Source: a virus (taxonomy: Duplodnaviria; Heunggongvirae; Uroviricota; Caudoviricetes). Taken from it: a DNA stretch of 40,202 nucleotides. The DNA lies in IMG/VR virus record IMGVR_UViG_3300013121_000035, positions 1-40,202 of that record; one strand, written 5' to 3'. Positions 1 through 7,653 of this stretch are shown piece after piece. Below the pieces are notes generated by a model, which worked only from the letters and a program-made list of their open reading frames with translations, made no database searches and was not told the DNA's origin. Every line of letters starts with the position of its first letter. Positions within the stretch are counted from its first letter, which is position 1. The position numbers and the translations under genes are program-made.

Positions 1-163
1 ATTCGACCGGATCGGTGCAGGGGGGGCGGGTCACCATGCCTGACGGCTGGAGTGCGACCGCGAGACCGGGTGCGTGTGCGCGTGGCTCGCTGCAGTCGAC
101 GTTGCGGTCCGCCGTGACCGCCCCCCCTGCCCTGCGCCCAACCTCGCCTGCGGGCCGCTGCCG

Positions 164-403
164 ATGACCCAGCCAGCGCGCGTTGACGTCGACGTCCGCG
201 TCCACGACATCACCATCCGTGCGGTCGCCGCCGGCGTGCGCGTCACGCTGCACGGCAGCCTGCCCGGCCGCCAAACCCACCTGCTCACCGTCCGCGCCGA
301 CCTGGACCTTGCCGTTGCCGACGAGCTGATCCAAGCCGTCACCGGCGCGGTCGCCCACGCCCGCACCCGGCGGCCACCACCGCCCACACCGCACGCCAGA
401 TAG
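164..403 (+). CDS. hypothetical protein
   Basis: C-ending codon bias from ATG 164 (MTQPARVDVDVRVHDITIRAVAAG); no family recognised. Confidence 0.5.
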   Translation: MTQPARVDVDVRVHDITIRAVAAGVRVTLHGSLPGRQTHLLTVRADLDLAVADELIQAVTGAVAHARTRRPPPPTPHAR

Positions 404-405
404 CC

Positions 406-427
406 GTCACCCACGAGTCACCCACGA
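406..427 (+). repeat. perfect 11-bp tandem duplication GTCACCCACGA x2
   Basis: 406-416 and 417-427 identical, directly before the RBS of ATG 440. Confidence 0.85.
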
Positions 428-439
428 AAGGACCACAAC

Positions 440-747
440 ATGGCCGCAAGCGCGCTTGACCTTCGCCACGACAGCGAATTCCACACCCCGGTGCGAACGC
501 TTTGGCGCTGTTTTCCGCCACCTTGGCAAAGCACGGCCGCGGCCACGCGCCCAACGCGACGCTGGACGACGCGTTCACCCAACTCGCCGCCGAGGTCCTG
601 CGCCACCGCCACGACCACCAGCGCATGGCAAGCGCCGCTGAGGATCGCACCCGCCGCCAGGCGCTACGAGCCGCCGAGCCCCGACCCGCCGCTGCTCGCA
701 CCTGGTCGCCCCGCCAGGTCCCCCAGCCGGCCACCACGCGCTCCTGA
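440..747 (+). CDS. hypothetical protein with apparent frame switch near 500
   Basis: RBS GAAAGGA before ATG 440, but coding-like codon bias continues in the frame of ORF 502-747. Confidence 0.35.
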
Positions 748-770
748 CGCGCGCTCTCCTGACGCGCGCT
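741..770 (+). repeat. perfect 15-bp tandem duplication CTCCTGACGCGCGCT x2
   Basis: 741-755 and 756-770 identical. Confidence 0.85.
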
Positions 771-854
771 GAGACTCAAGCTCGCGTCCACCGCAACGCT
801 CGTTACCACCGCACAGACTGCATCGCACGGACTTCATGCACGGGGGGCTGATTC

Positions 855-1070
855 ATGCTGCGACGACGCTGGACTCTTACCCTCAGCAAGGGTTGCAAGC
901 CCCTGCTGGAACTCCAGTCGCGCAGGTACTGGACGCGTGAAGCCGCTGAGCGCGCCGCCGAAGAACTCAACGCCGAGACGGTTGTCACGTTCGGGTTCTG
1001 CGGGCACGACCTGCCCCACTACGAACCCAGACGACGTGCTGATTTGGAACGAACGAGACGATCGGAGTAG
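855..1070 (+). CDS. hypothetical protein
   Basis: G-rich RBS-like run then ATG; 71 aa. Confidence 0.45.
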   Translation: MLRRRWTLTLSKGCKPLLELQSRRYWTREAAERAAEELNAETVVTFGFCGHDLPHYEPRRRADLERTRRSE

Positions 1071-1123
1071 GCTGCGCAGCCGTTGCGTCATCAGGCAGTC
1101 GTCGCCAGGGGGGGCGAACGCGA

Positions 1124-1483
1124 TTGTCTCTGCCCACCGATACCGCACCGCCCGCTGCGCCAATGCCGGCGCCCGAGTCACCCGAACGCGGCCAGCCCGC
1201 CACGCCCCGGGTGTACTACATCGACGCGCTCGACGACCCGCCAGACACGGTCAAAGACCCGCGGGTCCTGCGCGAGCTGCGCCTGCGCCGCGCACACGCC
1301 CAGCAGCGTGACCGGCACACCGGCGCGTGGACCGTCGCCGCCGAGCTCGGCCGCGGCAGCGCCGCCCTGCTGCTCATCCTCGCCGGGCTCAACGCCAGCT
1401 CCAAGGGCCGCACCACCCTGGCCAGCGTGGAATTCCTCGTCGCGCTCGCCATCGTCGTCGCCAGCCGCCACCTCCTCGACTAG
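1124..1483 (+). CDS. putative membrane protein
   Basis: Two C-terminal hydrophobic segments (SAALLLILAGL, VEFLVALAIVVAS); start uncertain (TTG 1124 or ATG 1163). Confidence 0.55.
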   Translation: MSLPTDTAPPAAPMPAPESPERGQPATPRVYYIDALDDPPDTVKDPRVLRELRLRRAHAQQRDRHTGAWTVAAELGRGSAALLLILAGLNASSKGRTTLASVEFLVALAIVVASRHLLD

Positions 1484-1578
1484 AAAGCCTGCCCATGCTC
1501 ACCCCCCACACCGACCAGCGTGCACCCCCCACCACCCCCGCACCGCTGGACGCCTCACACGAAAGGATCACCCCGTCA

Positions 1579-1800
1579 ATGGCAGTGACGTGGATCACCT
1601 CCATCCTGATCGCCATCTTCGCTGGCTACCTGCTCGGCCATCACCGCGGCAGCCGCTGGATGAAGACCGCCGACGCCGTCGCCGACCTGCTCCGCGAAAT
1701 GGTCTGGCAGCAGCCTGGACGCAAGCGCGCCCGCCGGCTCATCCCCAGAGCCAACGAGGCGCTGCGCCAGTACGAACGCCTGCACGTCGGCGGGGACTGA
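1579..1800 (+). CDS. small membrane protein
   Basis: RBS GAAAGGA at 1561; N-terminal TM segment MAVTWITSILIAIFAGYLLG. Confidence 0.6.
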   Translation: MAVTWITSILIAIFAGYLLGHHRGSRWMKTADAVADLLREMVWQQPGRKRARRLIPRANEALRQYERLHVGGD

Positions 1801-1968
1801 CCCCAGCGCCCGCCACGCGGCCCCGGTGCGTGCCGCCGCCGGGGCTGCCACACCATCGCAGACGATCACACAAAACGGCCGTTGCGCCCGTATCCGCTCG
1901 CGACGCGATCCGCCATTTTCGGTGAAGGCGCCAATTCCCTCCCTCCCCGGAAATGGCAAGGTGGATTC

Positions 1969-2184
1969 GTGGCTCAGCAGACCCCGCCGCCCAACGACCC
2001 CGACGACGACTACACCCTGACCTCCTCAGAGGTCGCCGGCATGTTCCGCGTCAGCCCCAAAACCGTGACCCGCTGGGCCAAGCTCGGCCTGCTGCCCTAC
2101 CGGCGCACCCTCGGCGGGCACCGCCGCTTCTCCGAACGCCGCGTCCGCGAGGAGCTCGACAAGCGGGGGAGCGCCACATGGTGA
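1969..2184 (+). CDS. bldC: BldC-family (MerR-like winged HTH) transcriptional regulator
   Basis: LTSSEVAGMFRVSPKTVTRWAKLGLLPYRRTLGGHRRF closely matches Streptomyces BldC (EVATMFRVDPKTVTRWAKAG...RTLGGHRRY); GTG 1969 with AAGGTGG RBS. Confidence 0.85.
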   Translation: MAQQTPPPNDPDDDYTLTSSEVAGMFRVSPKTVTRWAKLGLLPYRRTLGGHRRFSERRVREELDKRGSATW

Positions 2185-2453
2185 CCCTCGACGACCTCGA
2201 TGTGGCCGGCCCCGAAGCGCCCAGCGTCTTCACCGCGTTCAGCCAGGTCCTGGACGACACCCACCCTGCGCTGGTCACCCCACAGCTCGTCGCCGTCCTC
2301 CAACGCGCACTGGACGGCGTCGGCTACCGCCTGCCGCTGGACATCGTGCTGCGCAGCGTCCCCGCACGCGTGGCCGCCGAGCAGGCCATCAACCGGCTCC
2401 GCGCCCGCCTGGGCTACCAATTGTGGGCTGCTGGTGCCGACACCACCATGTGA
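2178..2453 (+). CDS. hypothetical protein
   Basis: ATG 2178 overlaps bldC stop; good codon bias. Confidence 0.6.
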   Translation: MVTLDDLDVAGPEAPSVFTAFSQVLDDTHPALVTPQLVAVLQRALDGVGYRLPLDIVLRSVPARVAAEQAINRLRARLGYQLWAAGADTTM

Positions 2454-2479
2454 GAACCGCACGCCGAGGAGGAGCTCGC

Positions 2480-2635
2480 ATGGCAGAACACGAGCGGCGT
2501 GGCCGTCGGCGTGACGCCGACCAGCCCGCCAACAGCATGAGCTACTGGGACCAGGTCGCCCGCGACCAGGCCGAGCGTGCCGCCCAGACGGCCGAGCGGA
2601 CCGCCGAGAAGGCCAAGCAGCCCACCGGCGAATAG
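2480..2635 (+). CDS. small hypothetical protein
   Basis: Strong RBS GAGGAGGAG; 51 aa charged helix. Confidence 0.6.
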   Translation: MAEHERRGRRRDADQPANSMSYWDQVARDQAERAAQTAERTAEKAKQPTGE

Positions 2636-2737
2636 CATCCCAGCAGCTCGCGGTGCGCAACTGGCACCACGCCGGATTCGACGCGCCTGCGACGTTCGTG
2701 TAGCGTCGCCGCCGGTCGTCGGTGCTCGGTGACCATC

Positions 2738-2774
2738 GACGCCCCGGTGCCTGGCCCCCCAGCGCCGGGGCGTC
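2738..2774. terminator. hairpin between convergent genes
   Basis: GACGCCCCGGTGC / GCGCCGGGGCGTC 13-bp stem with one G-U pair; no U tract. Confidence 0.55.
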
Positions 2775-2776
2775 AC

Positions 2777-3121
2777 TCATCCCCGCCGCTTCTCCGGTTT
2801 GGCGTCCGGCTTGCCGGCCGAGGACCTGCCCGGCTTGCCCGGCGGCTTGCCCGCCGCGCTCGCCGGCGCCCCGGCAGCGTCCGCGTCGGCCTGTGCGCGT
2901 TTGGCCTCCACCTGCTCCAACCGTGCCGCCACCTGATCCGCCTGCGCCGCCAACCGCGCCAACGCGTCGGTCGCATCGGTCAACCGCCCGGTCGCGGTCG
3001 CCAGCTCCTGCTGCGCCGCGGCCAGCCGCTCACCCGCAGTCGTCAACGCCGCCTGCGCCGCGCGGCTGGGACGCGGGGAACGCCGCCGGTCGAAAAACCA
3101 CGGCCACGCTGCCACCATCAT
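2777..3121 (-). CDS. coiled-coil protein, possible lysis accessory
   Basis: RBS GAAGGGAG; N-terminal WPWFF then Ala-rich heptads; overlaps upstream gene by 4 nt. Confidence 0.65.
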   Translation of the reverse strand: MMVAAWPWFFDRRRSPRPSRAAQAALTTAGERLAAAQQELATATGRLTDATDALARLAAQADQVAARLEQVEAKRAQADADAAGAPASAAGKPPGKPGRSSAGKPDAKPEKRRG

Positions 3122-3429
3122 CGGCTCCCTTCGCGGGTGGCCCGCCGCGCGGCGCGGCGGGCCAACTCCGCATCGGCGCGCTCCAGCAACGCCACCGTCG
3201 TCTTGTGCTGCTCGATCGCCGCGTCCGCCCGCACGGTCTCCTTGCGCAACGCCTCACGGGTTTCCTCGTGGGCGGCCTGCTCCTTCTCAAACGCCTGCTT
3301 CCACCCGTCCACGTCACGGCGCAACTGCTCACCGACCCGCTTGGGGTCAAGGAACCCGGTCATGATCAGCAGCGCCAGCACCCCGCCAGCGCCCCAGGTC
3401 AACACCACCTGCATGATCGAGCCGTCCAC
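3118..3429 (-). CDS. single-TM coiled-coil protein, holin-like or lysis accessory
   Basis: TM segment VLTWGAGGVLALLIMTGFL followed by charged coiled coil; GTG 3429 (or ATG 3414). Confidence 0.6.
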   Translation of the reverse strand: MDGSIMQVVLTWGAGGVLALLIMTGFLDPKRVGEQLRRDVDGWKQAFEKEQAAHEETREALRKETVRADAAIEQHKTTVALLERADAELARRAARRATREGSR

Positions 3430-3490
3430 ACGCACCTGCCGTCGTAGGCCGGCCGGGCATCGCACCAGCCGCACGGTTGCTCTCCAGGTG

Positions 3491-3514
3491 ATCTCGGCGC
3501 GTCCGCCATGCCAA
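3491..3514 (-). promoter_or_regulatory. putative sigma28/WhiG-like promoter TTGG-N12-GCCGAGAT
   Basis: Motif match in divergent intergenic region, upstream of the 3429 gene. Confidence 0.55.
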
Positions 3515-3538
3515 TTCGTCGGACTCCACCGCCGATGA
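3515..3538 (+). promoter_or_regulatory. putative sigma28/WhiG-like promoter TTCG-N12-GCCGATGA
   Basis: Motif match upstream of the 3597 gene. Confidence 0.6.
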
Positions 3539-3541
3539 CCA

Positions 3542-3561
3542 ACAACAACAGACAACAACAG
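3542..3561 (+). repeat. perfect 10-bp tandem repeat ACAACAACAG x2
   Basis: 3542-3551 and 3552-3561 identical, over the predicted transcription start. Confidence 0.8.
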
Positions 3562-3596
3562 AGCGCACCCGCTCGTCGACGATGAAAGGTGGAGAC

Positions 3597-3845
3597 ATGG
3601 CCGAACCCGACACCAACGGCGGCGAGCAGCAAGGGCTGGCCGCCCAGCTCGGCGACCGCCCCATCAGCGGCGTCTCACCATCCCCAGCCGTCGCACGCCC
3701 CGACCAGCCGGTCTTCCCCCCGCCGATCTTCGCGCCCATCGCCGAAGTCGTCGTGGACGAAAGCAAGGCCCCAGCACCCCAGGCGCCGGCCGACCAGCCA
3801 GCCGAGGAGCCACCCGCGCCAGTCCAAGCACGCCGCCGGCGCTGA
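3597..3845 (+). CDS. Pro/Ala-rich hypothetical protein
   Basis: RBS AAAGGTGGAG before ATG 3597. Confidence 0.6.
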   Translation: MAEPDTNGGEQQGLAAQLGDRPISGVSPSPAVARPDQPVFPPPIFAPIAEVVVDESKAPAPQAPADQPAEEPPAPVQARRRR

Positions 3846-3868
3846 ACCGCCCAGAGCGAGGAGGAACC

Positions 3869-4306
3869 ATGACCGACGCCAACATCACCGACAACGAGCC
3901 CACCAAGGGCGGCGACCCGATCCGTGCGCAGTTCGGCGACCTGGACGAGACCATCGAGCTCGTCCGGTTCGTCTTCAGCGACCCCGCCGCCGGCACCGGC
4001 TCCTACCAGAGCCGCGTCAACCACGCGCTCGTCGAGCGGTTCCCCGGCCACGCCGCCAACATCTTCGAGCTGTTCCAGGCCGTGGACAACAACGACGACG
4101 CCGCCAAGCGCCGCGCCGTCGCCCAGGTCGTCAACGCAATGGCCGACGACCCCAGCACCACCGGCGACGACAAGGAACACGACCGCAACTGGGGGCGGCT
4201 GGCCCGCCAGAACCCCTCCGCGGCGATCGCGCTGCTCGGCCTGGGCATCTCAGCGCGCATCAACCACGTCGAAGGCGTCAAGTGGGCGCCCGCTGACGAC
4301 ATCTGA
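3869..4306 (+). CDS. hypothetical protein
   Basis: RBS GAGGAGGA; strong codon bias; 145 aa; no family recognised. Confidence 0.75.
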   Translation: MTDANITDNEPTKGGDPIRAQFGDLDETIELVRFVFSDPAAGTGSYQSRVNHALVERFPGHAANIFELFQAVDNNDDAAKRRAVAQVVNAMADDPSTTGDDKEHDRNWGRLARQNPSAAIALLGLGISARINHVEGVKWAPADDI

Positions 4307-4396
4307 TCTTCGCGGCATCCGCCGCACCACCGCGGCCCTGCCGCACCCACCGCGGCCCCGTCTGCTCGGCGGGGCCGCTCGCATCTGCCTGAAGCG

Positions 4397-6013
4397 ATGA
4401 GCATCCGCCGCGCCCTGCCCCTGCCCCAACCCGGCGACGCCGCCCCGCTCGGCCCGGTCGTCGCCGCGGTCGTGCTGTGCCCACTGCTCGTCCTCGGCGC
4501 GTTCAGCCTGCCGCTCAACACCGCGCTCCAAGCCGCCCTGCCCTACCTGGTCGCGTTCGCCTGCGGCGGGGGCCTGCTGCTCGCCGCCTGCCTGCACTGG
4601 ATCGCGCGCACCATCGACGACGACCAGCTGGACTTCCTCGGCGTCGTCTACCTCCTGGCCGCCCTCGGGGTGCTGCTGCGCGGTGTCGTCCTGCCGCAAA
4701 CCAGCGCCATCGGCAACGCCACCATCATCGGCTCCACTGACGCGTCGGCGCTGCTGACCCTGCTGTGGCACGCGCTGATCCCCATCGGCGCCCTGCTCGT
4801 CCTCGGCCGCCACGCCGCCCGCTACGGCTGGGCGCCAACCCTCACCCTCGGGGTGTTCACCGGCGCGGTCATGATCGCCATGCTCCCCCTGGGCGGCCCC
4901 GACCTCGCCGACCCCAACGGCGTCAAGACCACCCTCGGGGTCACCCTGGCAGTCAGCGTCGGCGCCCTCAGCGCCCTCGCCGCCATCCTGTGGGTCCGCG
5001 CCGGCAACCGCCGCCCCTACGGTCCCGACCCGTGGATCGCCGCCAACCTCATCCTGGTCAGCGCCGGGGTCTTGCTGTGGGCCATCGCCGGCCCCCGCTA
5101 CAGCCCCCTGTGGTGGGCGTCGCAATGCTGCGACGCCCTGGCGTTCATCACCGCCGGCGCCGGCCAGCTCCAAGCCGTCGCCCGCTTCCAGACCGCGATG
5201 AACAACTACGTCGCCAGCCAGCAAGTCCTGCGCCGCGCCCAACCCCGGCCCAGCATCGAACTCAGCGACGCCAGCAGCCAGACCAGCCGCGACGCGATCG
5301 CCGCGCTGATCACCCACCCCGATCAGATCACCATGCTCGTCCAGCCCATCGTCGACCTCACCAGCGGCCGGGTCGCCGGCGCCGAAACCCTCGCCCGCTT
5401 CACCCCCGACCCCACCCAGCCGCCAACCGCCTGGTTCGACGCCGCCCACGCTGCCGGGCTGGCCAGCGACCTGGAACTGCTCTGCGCCCGCGCCGCCCTG
5501 ACCCACCTGGGCGCCCTACCCAACGACCTGTACCTGTCGATCAACCTCAGCCCCACCACCCTGGCCCAGATGCACTCCATCGCCGACACCTTCACCGTCA
5601 CCGGCCGCGACTGGCGCCGCATCGTCGTCGAAGTCACCGAACAGCAGCTCATCGACGACTTCGCCCACCTCGGCGACCTGTTCACCCCCGCCCGCGACCT
5701 CGGCGTCCGCCTGGCCATCGACGACCTCGGCAGCGGCCAAGCCGGCCTGCAGCACGTGCTGTACCTGCGACCCGAAGTCATCAAGATCGACCAGTCCATC
5801 GTCCAAGCGGTCGACACCGACCCCTACTGCCGCGCGCTGATCGCCAGCCTCGTCGCGTTCACCAGCGCGATCGGCGCCAGCCTCGTCGCCGAAGGTGTCG
5901 AGACCGCCGCGCAACACCGCACCCTGGTCAGCCTCGGCGTCAGCTACGGCCAAGGGTTCCGGCTCGGGCGCCCCATGCGCGTCGAAGACCTGCGCGTCCG
6001 CCTGCAACCCTGA
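4397..6013 (+). CDS. membrane-bound EAL-domain c-di-GMP phosphodiesterase (MASE4-like N-terminus)
   Basis: Multi-TM N-terminus (LLWHALIP, RYSPLWWASQ); QPIVDL, GAETLARF, SINLSP, EVTE, DDLGSG, IKID, AEGVET, GQGF: catalytic E/N/E/DD/K/E/Q retained. Confidence 0.92.
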   Translation: MSIRRALPLPQPGDAAPLGPVVAAVVLCPLLVLGAFSLPLNTALQAALPYLVAFACGGGLLLAACLHWIARTIDDDQLDFLGVVYLLAALGVLLRGVVLPQTSAIGNATIIGSTDASALLTLLWHALIPIGALLVLGRHAARYGWAPTLTLGVFTGAVMIAMLPLGGPDLADPNGVKTTLGVTLAVSVGALSALAAILWVRAGNRRPYGPDPWIAANLILVSAGVLLWAIAGPRYSPLWWASQCCDALAFITAGAGQLQAVARFQTAMNNYVASQQVLRRAQPRPSIELSDASSQTSRDAIAALITHPDQITMLVQPIVDLTSGRVAGAETLARFTPDPTQPPTAWFDAAHAAGLASDLELLCARAALTHLGALPNDLYLSINLSPTTLAQMHSIADTFTVTGRDWRRIVVEVTEQQLIDDFAHLGDLFTPARDLGVRLAIDDLGSGQAGLQHVLYLRPEVIKIDQSIVQAVDTDPYCRALIASLVAFTSAIGASLVAEGVETAAQHRTLVSLGVSYGQGFRLGRPMRVEDLRVRLQP

Positions 6014-6029
6014 CCGCCAAGGAGCCCAC

Positions 6030-6371
6030 ATGGCCTACATCGCGCTTGCGCTCATCCAAGTGCTCATCGCCGCCGCCTACGTCGTCATCGGCGTCAGCGT
6101 GCTACCCCGCGTGCGCTTTGGCGCCGTGGCCGCCATGCTCGCGCTCGGCTTCTTCCTGCTGTGCGCCGGCACCCACTTCGACCTCGCACGCCACACCGCC
6201 CAACGCAACGACCCCGACCTCATCGCCCCCCACATGTGGGCGTTGCACGTCAGCCAAGCCGTGATCGACTGGGCGTTCATCTTCGCGGTCCGCCGCTGGA
6301 AGATCGAGATCCGCCGCCGCCCCCCCGACGAGCGGCGCTGGCTGCGGTTCCTCGACGACGACCACGGCTAG
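6030..6371 (+). CDS. stand-alone 3-TM protein resembling the ETR1-type ethylene/copper-binding domain
   Basis: RBS AAGGAG; LIAAAYVVI, GFFLLCAGTH (CxxxH), ALHVSQAVI align with ETR1 FIAIAYFSI, AFIVLCGATH, TAKVLTAVV. Confidence 0.7.
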   Translation: MAYIALALIQVLIAAAYVVIGVSVLPRVRFGAVAAMLALGFFLLCAGTHFDLARHTAQRNDPDLIAPHMWALHVSQAVIDWAFIFAVRRWKIEIRRRPPDERRWLRFLDDDHG

Positions 6372-7381
6372 CTGACCTGCCATCCTGTCCGGCCGCGCTT
6401 GGCCGCGTACATCGCCCGGTCCGCCGCGGCCAGCAGCGCCGCTGGTGTGGCCCGCTGTGCCGAGGACAGCGCGACCCCCACACTCATCGACACCCGCACC
6501 TCCACCCCCGCCCGCACCGGCCGCTCCAACCGGGCCATCAACCGGCGAACCACCACCTGCGCGTGCTCCGGCGAGCTGTTCTCCAGCAGCATCGCGAACT
6601 CGTCGCCCCCCAGCCGCGCGGCCGAGTCCGATTCGCGCAACCCCACCCGCAACCGGCGGGCGACCTCCACCAGCACCCGGTCGCCGACCTGATGGCCGAA
6701 CGTGTCATTGATCCGCTTGAAGTCATCCACGTCGGCGTACAGCAACGCCACCGTCGCCCCGGTCCGCCGCGCGCGTGCCAGCGCGTGCTCCAGCCGGTCC
6801 TCGAACAGCGTGCGGGCCAGCAGCCCCGTCAACTGGTCAGTCAGCAGCGTCTCGTTGAACCGCCACGAGATCAGGTACGGCAAGTTGGTCAACCCCACGA
6901 ACGTCACCTGCGCGATCACCACGATCAGCGGCTGCTGCAACGCCCCATGCGCGTACAGCGTCGCCGGCGCGATGAGCGCCGCGCCGGCCAGGAACACCGC
7001 GTACGCGCCGATCGCCACCAGGCACGGCAGCCACGCCTGATACAACGTGACCATCCCGATCGTGGCGAAGAAGTGCAGATGCCACAGCCCACCACCACCG
7101 AGCACCACCAGCAGCGCGCTGGAGCCCACCAACGCCGTCGAGCCCAACGCCATCCGCGCCCGGCGTGACTGCGCCCAATTCGCGCCCGCCGCGAGCGCCG
7201 CCAGCGCCAACGCCTCAGCCACGCCCAGCCGTGCCCGCCCCGTCACCACCCCGACCGCGATCAGCAGGGCCACGTGCGCCCAGATCACCATCACGATCCC
7301 ACGGTGTCGTGCGAGCAGCGCGCTGGACGGCAACATCTGCCCGCGCGGCACAATCCTGCGCACGCGTGCCCGCCAAGACAC
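6368..7381 (-). CDS. membrane-bound diguanylate cyclase (GGDEF)
   Basis: RBS AGGAG; TM N-terminus; DQLTGL, DVDDFKRINDTFGHQVGD, I-site RESD, RLGGDEF (GGDEF at 6596-6610). Confidence 0.95.
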   Translation of the reverse strand: MSWRARVRRIVPRGQMLPSSALLARHRGIVMVIWAHVALLIAVGVVTGRARLGVAEALALAALAAGANWAQSRRARMALGSTALVGSSALLVVLGGGGLWHLHFFATIGMVTLYQAWLPCLVAIGAYAVFLAGAALIAPATLYAHGALQQPLIVVIAQVTFVGLTNLPYLISWRFNETLLTDQLTGLLARTLFEDRLEHALARARRTGATVALLYADVDDFKRINDTFGHQVGDRVLVEVARRLRVGLRESDSAARLGGDEFAMLLENSSPEHAQVVVRRLMARLERPVRAGVEVRVSMSVGVALSSAQRATPAALLAAADRAMYAAKRGRTGWQVS

Positions 7382-7480
7382 CGATCCGACTCCTCAACAG
7401 TGAGCTGGGAATACTATCGACCTGACACTTTTCGCATTCGATCGGCACAACGGCCACGCGGCACGGCGGGGGAGGGCGCA

Positions 7481-7594
7481 ATGCCAGCAGCGAAATGCCC
7501 ACCACACGCCAAACGGCTGCGTCGCACCGCACGCACCTGGGAATGCCCACGCTGCGGGGAGGTCCTCGCTACCCAGGAACAGCTGCGCATCTGA
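7481..7594 (+). CDS. small Zn-ribbon-like protein
   Basis: RBS GGAGGG; C-x2-H ... WECPRCG; 37 aa. Confidence 0.4.
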   Translation: MPAAKCPPHAKRLRRTARTWECPRCGEVLATQEQLRI

Positions 7595-7653
7595 CCCGCG
7601 CCAGCACTGGCAACGGCCGTTATCATTGCGCTCGGCGACTGGGGGGGAGCCGC

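Noticed and set aside
2480-2635. Possible RsiG-like c-di-GMP-binding peptide (SYWDQVARDQ)
   Set aside because: Does not fit E-x3-S-x2-R-x3-Q-x3-D
4250-6264. Long alternative-frame ORFs 4250-5506 (-) and 4765-6264 (+)
   Set aside because: Low-complexity Gly/Arg/Pro translations overlapping the EAL gene
7439-7446. GCCGATCG on the minus strand upstream of the cyclase gene
   Set aside because: No upstream box at N12; not counted as a motif site, though worth checking by TSS mapping
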